Positions 17,240 to 27,075 of a stretch of 64,000 nucleotides of DNA are shown in pieces. The position numbers were made by a program, and so were the translations under genes. Each line of letters begins with the position of its first letter. The stretch's first letter is position 1. The notes beneath the pieces were generated by a model. It saw nothing but the letters and a program-made list of their open reading frames with translations. It did no database searches and had not been told where the DNA came from. Source of the DNA: a virus (Duplodnaviria > Caudoviricetes); IMG/VR virus record IMGVR_UViG_2825118518_000002, positions 50,217-114,216 of that record; one strand, 5' to 3'.

Positions 17240-18441
17240 CGGAATACCTCAACTCCTACAGCGGTTGGATCGAAGGCTCCGGTTCCGGAGCGGACTGCGA
17301 TTATTCGGACTGAGCCAGTTGCCTGACCACCTGTCGCGTTCACGTTGATCGTGTCGACGTTGGCTGCAGTGGTGCCTTCCGCCCCACATCTGGTCACATA
17401 ATTCGCATCCGGCATCGCTGTGGTGAAATTGATCGTATAATCCCCGGCGCCGTTCCTTGTGACGCTGGTGACGTTCCCGGAGCCGAGGATTGCGCCCGTG
17501 GCTCCGGTAAATCGAACCCACGCCCGGCAAGCGTAGACCGGCGCGCTGCCTGTCGCGTTCAAGGCATCCCGGAGCTTCAGCGGTGTCAGAACGGTTGCGT
17601 CATCAGTGCCGGCCGCAGCTTGCGCCGTCGAGGCTTTGGTGACGGTGATGACCTGGTTCGAAGAGAGCGCGCCGCCGCCCGTTGCCAGGCCACCGCCGGA
17701 AACCGTGGTGGTCTTGTCCACCTTCAGCGCAGCGGATGTTGCCACCGCGCCATCCGCATAAGCCGTTGTCGCCAGCCGGGTCGAATTGTTGCCGGCGGAT
17801 TGCGTCGGCGCCGTCGGGTTGCCGGTGAAGGCCGGAGACGCGAGCAAAGCATACCCGGAGATCAAAGCCCCTGTCGGGATGGTGACGATGCCGGTGAACG
17901 TCGGGCTATTGAGCGGAGCGCCGCCAATGTTCGACAGAGAGGTGGATGCGCTCAAGACATCGGAAAGATTATTCGCCGCCAGCAGTGCGCCGGTCACCAG
18001 TGTGCCGCTGATCGTCGCGGGGTCCATCAGAATGAAATCGGTGCCGTCATACCAGAACGAATGATCCTTGCCGGCCACCAGATCTCCGACAACAACCGCG
18101 ACCTTTCCCGCCGGCGTGATCCGCTTTATGGTCCGCGCGTTCGCGCCGCCATACTTCAGGGTCGGCGCCGTGGTCGTGTTGGCTCGGTCGATCCGGACGC
18201 GGATGATCTCGTAGATGTTGATGAACTGCGGGTTCGAGGAAGGGGTGACGATATAGGCGTCTGCAGAGCCGGTCGTCGGATAGAACGGGTTGAACCGTCG
18301 CCATGAGCGCTTGATTGCGCCCATCATCATCCGGCCGATCAACTCGATGGCGGCCGGCACGCCTGGAGGCCACCCGTAGGGCGCAACTTCGGCGTTCTGG
18401 TCGTCGCGTTCGGACCAGTTGTCGTCTGCAATATCTGGCAT
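17236..18441 (-). CDS. Tail fibre protein
   Basis: ANNLSDV and ASPAFTGNPTAPT..NNSTRLATTAY fibre repeats; C-terminal CRAWVRF..GNVTSVTRNGAGDYTINFTTAMPDANY domain. Confidence 0.85.
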   Translation of the reverse strand: MPDIADDNWSERDDQNAEVAPYGWPPGVPAAIELIGRMMMGAIKRSWRRFNPFYPTTGSADAYIVTPSSNPQFINIYEIIRVRIDRANTTTAPTLKYGGANARTIKRITPAGKVAVVVGDLVAGKDHSFWYDGTDFILMDPATISGTLVTGALLAANNLSDVLSASTSLSNIGGAPLNSPTFTGIVTIPTGALISGYALLASPAFTGNPTAPTQSAGNNSTRLATTAYADGAVATSAALKVDKTTTVSGGGLATGGGALSSNQVITVTKASTAQAAAGTDDATVLTPLKLRDALNATGSAPVYACRAWVRFTGATGAILGSGNVTSVTRNGAGDYTINFTTAMPDANYVTRCGAEGTTAANVDTINVNATGGQATGSVRIIAVRSGTGAFDPTAVGVEVFR

Positions 18442-18448
18442 GGAGACC

Positions 18449-19771
18449 TCAGTTCACCCGGCCGCGGCTATCGAAGTAGCCGAGCGTTTCGAGATTATAG
18501 GCTGTCAGCGTTCCGGCGGTTTGCGAGTTGTAGATCTGCCCTGAGCTGTTCGTTCTGACGTCCAGAACCAAAGACATCGCCTGGGCAAACGCCGCAGTAT
18601 TGGCAAACATCTGCAAGACGCCGGTTCGAGCAGAAGGCAGAGATGCGCCTAAGGACGGGTCCCAATGGTTCGCATTCGGCATGACACCTGCGCCGTTGTT
18701 GATCTGCACGCCGATCCTCGCCATGACAGAGAAAGCGGTAGGAACCTTGATCGTGCGAAGCGTCGGAGTGGTCAGGATAGCGGTTATGTCTGCGGTGGGG
18801 GCCTTGTATTCAAAGAAATCTCCATCCTGGATGAAGGCGATGAACGACCCGGCCGTCCGGTAGAGCGCGCCAATTCGCCGCTTCCTGTCATAGCTCCCGG
18901 GCATCGTGGGAGCCGTGGCGCTCAGCGAGAGCAGCGAATCCACAACGCCGGTATCCGATCGGGCGATGATGTAGGGATAATACCAGCCGTCGGCGATCGC
19001 CCCTGTATCAAGCCACCCATTGCCGGTGCCGACCGCCCATGAGACGTTTGCCACCTTCGTCAAGCCGCTCGCAAGACTCATGAGCGCCGGGGTAGCTCCA
19101 TCGCTCGCTGTGGCACCCGAGGTGATGTCGATCGAGTTGGTGGGATCGCCGGCATTGTTGGAAAGCGTGAGGCCCCAGAGATAGCCACGAAGGAATGGAC
19201 CGGTCGGCGTCGAGGGCGCGACGGACAGCAGAAGCTGGAAGGCCGAAAGCTGCGCCGAATACTGGATGAAATACGAGTTGCCGGCGACGAGATCGCCCGT
19301 GGCGAGCGCAACAGGGCCGCTCGCACCGTTCTTCAGCACCGCGATCGGAGCAGCGCCACCGACCGAAATCGTGGTTGCTCCCGTGTTCGATAGCCCCGCG
19401 ACGAACGAGATGATCTGCCCATCTCCATAGGAGAACTGCGAAGCCGAAAGCGTCTGAGCGTTGGCGGTGCCCCCTGATGTTCCGCCGAACGACACGGCGC
19501 CGGAGTTAGGCTCGGCCGTCTCCTGATCCCAGACGAGATTTCCGAGCGAATCCTTGACGACCTGGCGATATGAGCCTGAGCCGTAGATGATCGCCCTGCC
19601 CGCGCTATCGAGCGTGACAGGGTTCGGGTTGAGGATCGTCTGGGCGCTGTTCTGCCAGGTGTCCTTCGGCGTCGTGGTGCCGGGGATATAGAATTCGACA
19701 GTTCCGGACGCCAGCGGAACGCCATTGGCATCAAGGAACGTCGTCTCGCCTGTCGGCAAAAGCGATGCCAT
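18449..19771 (-). CDS. Tail spike/fibre with podoviral head-binding N-terminus
   Basis: FLDANGVPLASGTVEFYIPGTTTPKDTW..NPNPVTLDSAGRA N-terminal domain. Confidence 0.85.
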   Translation of the reverse strand: MASLLPTGETTFLDANGVPLASGTVEFYIPGTTTPKDTWQNSAQTILNPNPVTLDSAGRAIIYGSGSYRQVVKDSLGNLVWDQETAEPNSGAVSFGGTSGGTANAQTLSASQFSYGDGQIISFVAGLSNTGATTISVGGAAPIAVLKNGASGPVALATGDLVAGNSYFIQYSAQLSAFQLLLSVAPSTPTGPFLRGYLWGLTLSNNAGDPTNSIDITSGATASDGATPALMSLASGLTKVANVSWAVGTGNGWLDTGAIADGWYYPYIIARSDTGVVDSLLSLSATAPTMPGSYDRKRRIGALYRTAGSFIAFIQDGDFFEYKAPTADITAILTTPTLRTIKVPTAFSVMARIGVQINNGAGVMPNANHWDPSLGASLPSARTGVLQMFANTAAFAQAMSLVLDVRTNSSGQIYNSQTAGTLTAYNLETLGYFDSRGRVN

Positions 19772-19832
19772 CTTAACCTCTTCGATGTCGTGTGATAAAA
19801 AGGTGGCCTACTCCCCACCTTATGGAGACGTG

Positions 19833-20027
19833 ATGGCCGAGCGCCTTGGAGTTACTGTGTCGTGGATCGGCACGACCCTCACAGTGATCATGCTGTTGTT
19901 TTTCGGAAAACTTGCGCTCGACGGGATGATGACATGGGCTTTTTGGCCCACGACCATCACCGCCATCGTCTGCTTTCTCCCGCACTTGTTCGGAAGAGCT
20001 GCCCGTTTCGTTCTATCCGGGTTCTGA
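19833..20027 (+). CDS. Small two-TM membrane protein, antisense to the late operon (SieA-position)
   Basis: GGAG RBS, ATG at 19833; 64 aa, hydrophobic; lies between the gp16-like gene and the tail spike. Confidence 0.6.
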   Translation: MAERLGVTVSWIGTTLTVIMLLFFGKLALDGMMTWAFWPTTITAIVCFLPHLFGRAARFVLSGF

Positions 20028-20030
20028 CCG

Positions 20031-22958
20031 CTATTTGCGGGGAGGCCGCAGCAGTTCGTTCGGAGCCTGCATCCCGATGCTGAGCGGCACCGCCCCGCTT
20101 GACCGCAGCAATGGCGCCTGAGCTCCACGGATGGGAGCAAGAAGCCTATTCGCTGTCCCGGCTGGCGCCACAGCCTCACGGAAGCGCGTTACGTCTCCGC
20201 TGAGGGCTTCGGCCATCAAACGGTTCCTCGCGATGTCACGGGCTCTCTGGGCCGCCTGCACGCCCATCTTGCCAAGCGATAGGCCGGCACCGGCAATAGC
20301 CCCCGGAATGCCCCCGACCTGATACCCCCCGCCGATGACGAAGGGAGCCGACAGGCTCAGGCTGGGCGTGACCTGTTTGACTTCCGTCAGCTTGTTGGCC
20401 GCCTGCCGCGGGGCCGTCTGAGAGCCGGCAAACAGTTTCGCGTTGGTCTGGGCGATCCGCTGCTCATCTTTCAGCGTCTGGACAAGCTTCTGCGTCTCGC
20501 TCTTGCCGAGTAGAGATTCAAGGCGAGCGACATTGAAATCGACATCGGCGATGGCCTCGCCCTTTGCCGCGGCGTTGCGGACGCTGCTGATCGTCTGATC
20601 GACGGCTACTCGCGTCCCAACCTTTGCCGCATCGAGCTCGGCCGGCGTGGCATCCTTCACCCATGCTTCCCAATATTCAGGCCGGTTCTCGATCGAGCCT
20701 TTGCCAGTGCCCCCTTTGAAAACCTCCAAGCCCTTGTCGAAAGCATCCTGGATCGCGTTGTCATCGGCGTATTGCTTCTGCGCCGGCCGATACTTTCCGC
20801 CGGTGGCGTTGTCGATCTGGTCGACGATCTTCTGACGGACATCCCGGAGCGCACCAGCTACGAGCTTATCTTGACCGGAAGCGCTCTTGGCTAGCGTGTC
20901 GGCTTCGGTGCGGAGGTTCGACTGGATCGTATGCAGGCGATCGGCGTCGGTCAGCATCTCGTTGCTGTTGGCGAGCTTGGCGCGGACGCGGGCAAGGGCC
21001 TGCTCTACCGGACCCTGCGGAAGATCGCTCACCTTCCCGACGACGCCATTGACGCCGGGTGCGATCACATTGTCGATGGATTCTAGGACCGGCGTGATGT
21101 CGACCGGCTGAGCACCTGTAAGGGCGTCTCCGAATGCCTGCTTTGCATTGGCGCGCGTTGTTGCCTTCAGGCCATCGAGATATGCCTTGACGTCTGGAAC
21201 AGTGCCGGCGGCGGCATCATATGCGTCAGTAACGGCGCCTTTAGCGCCTGCCACACGGCTCTCCACCGCCGAATTGAGGACAGACCGCGGGGCACCCCCT
21301 TGGGTGGCGAGGTTCATGCCGATCTGCTGCAGATTGGTATCCACATCCATCGGGTTCAGGCGTGGGTTGCGGGCCATCTCGAGCGAGATGTCGTCGACCG
21401 TCTTGCCGGACTCCGCCAGAGCTGCGGTAAGGTTGTTCGCCGCTGCGCCCCTTGGCGTCATCGTCAGGAGCTTGTTGCCGGCGGCTTCTGCGCCACGCAA
21501 AAGCCCCTCTGCAGCCACGGGTGCGAGAAGCGCCCCGCCAATGCGCGCATAAGGTTCGAACTTCGTGCCTTCAGTCGCCTGTCCCGCCATCTCACTCGCC
21601 ACGCCGGGGACGACGCCGTATTTGACGGCATTGGTCAGAAGATTTCCGCCACCAAACGCAACGGCGCCAGGAATGAATTCACCGGCCGAATGGGCAACTT
21701 TCCCCCATTCCGTCTTGGGCGCATAAAGGTTCTCGTCCATGAAGCCACGAACGGCGTCCTGCGCCCGATCAAGCGGCCCGTTCTGCTCCGTCATTGCCTT
21801 CTTGAGCGATTCACGCTGCTCTTCGGTAGGCACAGGCGCGCCGACAAGGTCGTTGTGCTGAGTGAGAAAATCTACAAGCTTATACGATAGCCAATCACTC
21901 AAACCTCCAGCCGCACGGGTGGTCGTGACGGGCAACATGGCCGTTTCGGCTGTGCCGCGAGCGAGACCAGACGCACCAGATGCGGCTACGTCACCAGCGA
22001 CCGAAGGTGCTTGAGGCGTCTGCGGTTCTCCGGTGATCAACTTCTCAAACGGGGTATGTTCGCGCTTCTGACCAGCCGCCATCCCAGCAGCCGGGGCTTG
22101 CTCGTTCTGGTCGAGGCCCCATGCCTTGATGAGTTGTTCGTCAGGGGATGGCGTGGCGGCGGCAGGCGGTGGTGCTTCGCCGGTGTCCTGGATTCCCCAT
22201 GCCCGCATCAGATCGTCACTGGAGGGGACAGAAGCCGCAGGCTGGGCCACAGGAGGCGCAGGAGTGGCGTTCTGCTGCTGGTCGGTCTCACGTGGCTGCA
22301 GATGCGGGATCGTCACCAGCGGGGTAAACTGAGGCGTTGCGTTGCTGCCGGGAGGCGGGACGTAATCCACGGTGTGGACGGGATTGGCCTTGAGTGTGCC
22401 GCCGGCCATTGCATCGAGGGCAGCGGAAGCACCATTGCCCTTTTGCGCCGGAGCGAAGGCCAGCGCCGAGGTGTCACCGCCCTGAAGACCGGGCTTCATC
22501 CCCCAGATCGCAGCCTGATCTTTTGTCAGACCTCCATCCCACGAGCCGCCGGCCATGCCGAGCTTGTCGGAGCCGCCAAGGTCGAAATGCATGAGGTCCA
22601 TCGCCCCATACTTGCCCTTGTCGCCTGAGAAATAGCCGCCCCACCGGAACTGCTTTTCAAGCTCGGGATGATCGCGCATCTGGATAGCGCGCGCCGCCTG
22701 GGCGAGCGCCTCATAGGCGCTGAACGCCTCGGGCGACTGGTAATTAGGAACTTCCTTGCCATCCGGCCCGATGATGCGGATATCCGTGGCATGACCGGAA
22801 CCGTGCTGGCGCTTGTCACCCGGGCGGAATCCCGAATAGGCCTGCACCGTCATGCCCGTGGCTTCGGCGGCCTTGTTCAGAATATCGACAAGGCGCGGGT
22901 CCACATTGTTCGCCCCGCGAGCGACAAAGTTACCGACCTCTTCGAATTTGCCAGCCAT
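20031..22958 (-). CDS. Large DNA ejection/internal virion protein with N-terminal M15-like Zn peptidase
   Basis: 975 aa, Ala-rich; QHGSGHATDI, RWGGYF and DLMHFDL motifs at the N-terminus; P22 gp16 position. Confidence 0.75.
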   Translation of the reverse strand: MAGKFEEVGNFVARGANNVDPRLVDILNKAAEATGMTVQAYSGFRPGDKRQHGSGHATDIRIIGPDGKEVPNYQSPEAFSAYEALAQAARAIQMRDHPELEKQFRWGGYFSGDKGKYGAMDLMHFDLGGSDKLGMAGGSWDGGLTKDQAAIWGMKPGLQGGDTSALAFAPAQKGNGASAALDAMAGGTLKANPVHTVDYVPPPGSNATPQFTPLVTIPHLQPRETDQQQNATPAPPVAQPAASVPSSDDLMRAWGIQDTGEAPPPAAATPSPDEQLIKAWGLDQNEQAPAAGMAAGQKREHTPFEKLITGEPQTPQAPSVAGDVAASGASGLARGTAETAMLPVTTTRAAGGLSDWLSYKLVDFLTQHNDLVGAPVPTEEQRESLKKAMTEQNGPLDRAQDAVRGFMDENLYAPKTEWGKVAHSAGEFIPGAVAFGGGNLLTNAVKYGVVPGVASEMAGQATEGTKFEPYARIGGALLAPVAAEGLLRGAEAAGNKLLTMTPRGAAANNLTAALAESGKTVDDISLEMARNPRLNPMDVDTNLQQIGMNLATQGGAPRSVLNSAVESRVAGAKGAVTDAYDAAAGTVPDVKAYLDGLKATTRANAKQAFGDALTGAQPVDITPVLESIDNVIAPGVNGVVGKVSDLPQGPVEQALARVRAKLANSNEMLTDADRLHTIQSNLRTEADTLAKSASGQDKLVAGALRDVRQKIVDQIDNATGGKYRPAQKQYADDNAIQDAFDKGLEVFKGGTGKGSIENRPEYWEAWVKDATPAELDAAKVGTRVAVDQTISSVRNAAAKGEAIADVDFNVARLESLLGKSETQKLVQTLKDEQRIAQTNAKLFAGSQTAPRQAANKLTEVKQVTPSLSLSAPFVIGGGYQVGGIPGAIAGAGLSLGKMGVQAAQRARDIARNRLMAEALSGDVTRFREAVAPAGTANRLLAPIRGAQAPLLRSSGAVPLSIGMQAPNELLRPPRK

Positions 22959-24398
22959 TTATTTCGCACCATCGTTGACGGAAGGAGGAGCCACGATCCC
23001 GAGGGCCGTTGCGGTCTGCAACGACTTCAGGAATTTCTGTTTGTCGTCCGCAGACAGACCCTTGAAGTATTTCGCGCGCTCTGGCCCCTTCATGAGATCG
23101 AAGCCATAGGCGACCGGATCGTTTTCGGCGTTCCACTGCGTCGACCATTTGCCATAGGCAGAGGGGCTTTGGCCGGTCGCCCCGAAGGCGCGAACCTGAG
23201 CATTCTGCATGCGGCGCAGCGAGAGCGCGGTCTTGACGACGTCGAGCGCCGCGGCATTGGAAATCCCAAGGCTCGGATTGCCGGCGAAGGCAGCGGCCAG
23301 CTTGTCGTTCGTCCCGGTATCGCCGGCGCCGCGCGCGTACTGGACGAGATATTTCCGCGCCTCGTCGTAGTTCTTCAGGTCGTCGGTCGGAGCGATGACG
23401 CCCATCGAGGTGAGGAAGGACTGGATTTCCTGGAGCTGCTCGGTGCCGGGACCGGTGCCCGTCGTGCCGAGGGCTTCAAGGGCCGGGAGTGCCTTCTGGA
23501 GGGGAACAACATCCTGCTGATAGGTCCGCTCCCTCGCGTTATCCTGGCTGAACTGGGTGGCGGATGCCTGAGCAGCTTGCGACTGGGCCTCGATCTCGCC
23601 AGCTGGAGGACTTGTGACGACGCCGACGGACGGCTGCGTCTGGGAGGTCTGAACTGGGGGAGGGGCGGCGGCCGGAGGCGCCCCAACCGGTGGAAGATCC
23701 TGTTGCTGGACAGGCATCGGAGGCGGAACGAGCTGGTTTGCCTGCCCCATCGGCGCAGTTTCTGGAACCGCGGTGAGCGCATTGACGCCGGCCTGCTGGA
23801 GCAATTGCCCCTTGGGAACGAGTACCGTGCGGCCCTGAGCGTCAGTCGTCTGGACCAGATCTGCGCGTTCGGACGGGCTTGTCGTGACGGGAACAGGCGC
23901 GCCGATCGCGCGAACGCCGGTGATCGGAGAGACCGCCGCCGGGGTGATCGACGACCCATTGTTGACGAACTGCGGCGTTCCGTAGATTTGCCCGAACCGC
24001 TCCTGGCCGGCCAGAGCCTGCGTGTTCATCGTCTGCAGCCACTGCGGGATCTGCGCCGGATCCTGCGGCATGGTGGCCATCGCCTGATCGCGCATCTCGG
24101 GCGTGATGTAGCCGAGCTTCACGGCCTGGTTGGCGTAATTCTGGATGACAGCCGGCCCATCGGCGGTACCGACGCGCGGATCCTGCGCCACCGAACCGAG
24201 AAGCCCGACAAAGCCCTCGTACATCTTGTGCGCCTGGTCGATCTTCGACTGGTCGAGCTGAACCTGGCCTTGCTGCTGCTGAAGCTGCAGGAGCTTGTTG
24301 GTCTCCTGAGCGTTCTTGATGCCGGCAACAGTGCCGATCGTGTCGAGAAGGCTGTTCTGGTTGGCGCGAGGATAGAAATCCGTCTGAACTTCAGCCAT
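22959..24398 (-). CDS. DNA ejection protein (P22 gp20 position)
   Basis: Gln/Ala/Pro-rich, 479 aa; synteny. Confidence 0.7.
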   Translation of the reverse strand: MAEVQTDFYPRANQNSLLDTIGTVAGIKNAQETNKLLQLQQQQGQVQLDQSKIDQAHKMYEGFVGLLGSVAQDPRVGTADGPAVIQNYANQAVKLGYITPEMRDQAMATMPQDPAQIPQWLQTMNTQALAGQERFGQIYGTPQFVNNGSSITPAAVSPITGVRAIGAPVPVTTSPSERADLVQTTDAQGRTVLVPKGQLLQQAGVNALTAVPETAPMGQANQLVPPPMPVQQQDLPPVGAPPAAAPPPVQTSQTQPSVGVVTSPPAGEIEAQSQAAQASATQFSQDNARERTYQQDVVPLQKALPALEALGTTGTGPGTEQLQEIQSFLTSMGVIAPTDDLKNYDEARKYLVQYARGAGDTGTNDKLAAAFAGNPSLGISNAAALDVVKTALSLRRMQNAQVRAFGATGQSPSAYGKWSTQWNAENDPVAYGFDLMKGPERAKYFKGLSADDKQKFLKSLQTATALGIVAPPSVNDGAK

Positions 24399-24532
24399 TA
24401 TTTGCCCCGATGCAGATCCAAATGAGCGACATTCGTTTGTTCCTCGATGCAACCTGCGTTATAAACGACGAGCGCCCCGGATGCTGGAAACATCACGAGG
24501 CGCTCTAACCGAAACGATCATGGAGCGATCGA

Positions 24533-25090
24533 ATGGCTAAGCCAACCTATGCGCAAGTGCGCGAAATTCTCAAGTACGATTCCGAAACCGGCAAGCTGTT
24601 CTGGAAAGAACGGCCTATATCCAGTTTCGTTGATGGCGAACGATCAGCATCGTGCCGGGCTGCTCGATGGAACGGTAAGTACGCTAACAAAGAAGCCTTT
24701 ACGTGGTCCACGCACGCCGGGTATCGGATGGGCCGGATTGCCTATGAGGCATGCTACGCCCACCGTGTTGCATGGCTTTTGATGACCGGCGCATGGCCGG
24801 TTGATGAGATCGACCACATCAATGGTGATCCCTCGGATAATCGATTCGTCAATCTTCGTGAGGCGACCAGCACCATAAACCGAAAGAACCAGAAGCGGCG
24901 ATCCGACAACAAGAGCGGTGTAACCGGTGTCGTATTCTACAAAGCTTATTCGCAATGGACGGCATACATCCAGGCTGGCAGCAAGACAAAATGCCTTGGC
25001 TACTTTCAAACCAAAGCAGACGCTGTTAGAGCAAGGAAGGCCGCAGAACGCGAAAACGGCTACCACCAGAACCACGGGCGATCTAGCTAG
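24533..25090 (+). CDS. HNH endonuclease with AP2-like C-terminus (free-standing)
   Basis: YDSETGKLFW, AHRVAW, EIDHINGDPSDNRFVNLRE, NKSGVTGV, YHQNHG. Confidence 0.92.
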   Translation: MAKPTYAQVREILKYDSETGKLFWKERPISSFVDGERSASCRAARWNGKYANKEAFTWSTHAGYRMGRIAYEACYAHRVAWLLMTGAWPVDEIDHINGDPSDNRFVNLREATSTINRKNQKRRSDNKSGVTGVVFYKAYSQWTAYIQAGSKTKCLGYFQTKADAVRARKAAERENGYHQNHGRSS

Positions 25091-25725
25091 CGGCCGTACA
25101 TCCCCCCGCTCTTTAAGTAGTCATAGCTGGCGTACGAATTCACTCCATTCGTGAGGGCATTAGCCGCCCCATTTATACCAGCTGCCTGAGCGTTGCCCCC
25201 TTGTATTAAATTGTTGCCGATCGACTGCCCCGTCTGCGTGGCATAGGCTCCGGTCTGCGCGGCCGCACTTTCGCCGAGAGACGCAAGGCCTATCAGCCGG
25301 TTATAGGCGTTCGTCTGGTTGGTATTCGCGTTGTTGAACTGGTTCTGGTACGTCGAGTCCGCCAGCCCGGTCGCGAAGGTCGCAGCGCCCTTGAGAGCCG
25401 CCCCCGATGTGCCGAGCCCGCGCGCCGCCGCGCTGCTCTGCGTGGACTTCAGCCCCTGCGTGAGGTTGAACTGGTAACCCGGTGTTTTTTCAAGCGTTGC
25501 CTGATCCATGACGATCGGCGAAGTCAGTTCCGTGAGCCGGTTGGAAAGCATCTTCGTGGCGTCTTGGCCGGCCGTATTGTACGGCAGCAAATCCTCACGG
25601 GTCTGCTGGTACATACGCTCCTGAACATCGGATGCTTTCTGCGTCGACTTCGCCTGCATAGACGAGCCGGCAAGCGATGCCCCTGCCCCGACGACAGCGC
25701 TGCCCACGACTGCGGTTGCAACCAT
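25087..25725 (-). CDS. DNA ejection protein (P22 gp7 position)
   Basis: Gly/Ala-rich; TPGYQFNLTQG, AAARG..SGAALK motifs. Confidence 0.8.
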   Translation of the reverse strand: MVATAVVGSAVVGAGASLAGSSMQAKSTQKASDVQERMYQQTREDLLPYNTAGQDATKMLSNRLTELTSPIVMDQATLEKTPGYQFNLTQGLKSTQSSAAARGLGTSGAALKGAATFATGLADSTYQNQFNNANTNQTNAYNRLIGLASLGESAAAQTGAYATQTGQSIGNNLIQGGNAQAAGINGAANALTNGVNSYASYDYLKSGGMYGR

Positions 25726-25729
25726 CTCT

Positions 25730-26209
25730 TCAGTCCTTGTCCAGAAATTGCCAGAACGTGATTTCCGTCTCGAAGAAGCCGAGCTCTTCAAGGATCGGCC
25801 GAACGTATTTGGCGTGTCTCGATTTCATGCCGATCTGCGCCAGCCGGATTCCGCGGCGCTTGCATTCCTTCAGCCATGCCGAGAACAGCGTCTTGCCGCC
25901 CTCAAGGCCGCGGCGGGTGGGATAGACGAAGAAGATATCCCCGGTCGCCGTGAGGCATGACTGATAGTGCATGCCGGGCGCCACGAAGGAGACGAGATAG
26001 CCGATCAGTCGTCCCTCTTCCCGTAGCGTCACATAGAGCACCTGCCCTGCCGCCGCGCGGGCGAGATAGAGCCCGTACTGAGGATCAAGCGGGATGCCGG
26101 CAAGCTTGTGCTCCGACAGTTCATCGTAGTGCGCCGGCAGCAGCGGCTTGGCCTCTTCCAGCGTTTCAGGCGTGAGTTCTTCGACAGAAGCGACGATCAT
26201 CATGCGCAC
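25730..26209 (-). CDS. GNAT-like acetyltransferase-fold protein in the tail module
   Basis: GRLIGY..DIFFVYPTRRGLEGGKTLF...LGF motif. Confidence 0.75.
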   Translation of the reverse strand: MRMMIVASVEELTPETLEEAKPLLPAHYDELSEHKLAGIPLDPQYGLYLARAAAGQVLYVTLREEGRLIGYLVSFVAPGMHYQSCLTATGDIFFVYPTRRGLEGGKTLFSAWLKECKRRGIRLAQIGMKSRHAKYVRPILEELGFFETEITFWQFLDKD

Positions 26210-26742
26210 CTGATATCAACGATGCAGACTATGCGATCGTCTTTCGAGAAATTTTCGACAGAGTGCTCGGTGCGATTGTCGATCATGTAGACATCGCCTG
26301 ACCTGAAATTCACGGTCTCATCGCCGATATGGAAGAGCGCACCAGGCAGGCTCTGAAGCGCGATCTGGTAGCGGTGAAACCACTCGGCTGGCGCGCCCTG
26401 ATCGACATGCGGCGTGATCGTCTTGCCCGGCGGCAGCTTGGTGATGATGACACGGCCGAGCTGGATGCCTTCCACGGTGCGCATGAGATCGAAGATCATC
26501 GAGCGCAGCTGCGGAAGCTTCTCCCATGCCGGGAACGGGATCACTTCCTTGTCGTTGATGATCCCCTCGGCCATCTGGTCGAGCGAATTGAAGAATACCA
26601 GGATATCCGAAACCTCGGCATGTGCGGTGCCGGGATGCTGCGTCCTGATCGGGTTCGCGTCCCAGAGCTCCGGCTGGCGCTGCAGGGCGTTCATCAGCGG
26701 GGTGACGTTCACACCGGCTGCAAGCTGCTGGAAATATCTCAT
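26200..26742 (-). CDS. Aspartyl/asparaginyl beta-hydroxylase-like Fe(II)/2OG dioxygenase
   Basis: LPPGKTITPHVD (HxD), DNRTEHSVEN (H), DRIVCIVD (R). Confidence 0.85.
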   Translation of the reverse strand: MRYFQQLAAGVNVTPLMNALQRQPELWDANPIRTQHPGTAHAEVSDILVFFNSLDQMAEGIINDKEVIPFPAWEKLPQLRSMIFDLMRTVEGIQLGRVIITKLPPGKTITPHVDQGAPAEWFHRYQIALQSLPGALFHIGDETVNFRSGDVYMIDNRTEHSVENFSKDDRIVCIVDIRCA

Positions 26743-26748
26743 AGGACC

Positions 26749-27075
26749 TCAAAGCGGGATGAAGTTGATGGTCGGAGCGACCGAATAGGTAACCGTCACC
26801 ACATCGCCATTGGCGACCGCGATAGTACGCGTGGTGCCGAGAGCGACGACTGTTCCGGCCCTCGTGAGGGTGACCGCCGTCAATGTCCCGCCGGAAATCC
26901 CCACAGTGCCCCGCTGAGAGGCGGTGAAGCTCGTCGGGGATGCAGACACTGCAACGGCCGATATCGCTGCTGGTGAGCCCAGGAGAGCCCCAAAGAAGCG
27001 CTGCCATACCGGAGTGACGAAACCGCCTCCATCGACAAGCGGCTGGTTTGAGTTCGGGACGATCGGCGTGGTCAT
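26749..27075 (-). CDS. Small virion structural protein (tail needle/plug position)
   Basis: PLVDGGGFVTPVWQRFF N-terminal motif; follows the gp10-like gene. Confidence 0.65.
   Translation of the reverse strand: MTTPIVPNSNQPLVDGGGFVTPVWQRFFGALLGSPAAISAVAVSASPTSFTASQRGTVGISGGTLTAVTLTRAGTVVALGTTRTIAVANGDVVTVTYSVAPTINFIPL

Noticed and set aside
16478-19771. Diversity-generating retroelement or invertible tail-fibre switch
   Set aside because: No reverse transcriptase or invertase ORF recognised, and I saw no TR/VR-like duplicated segment or flanking inverted repeats.
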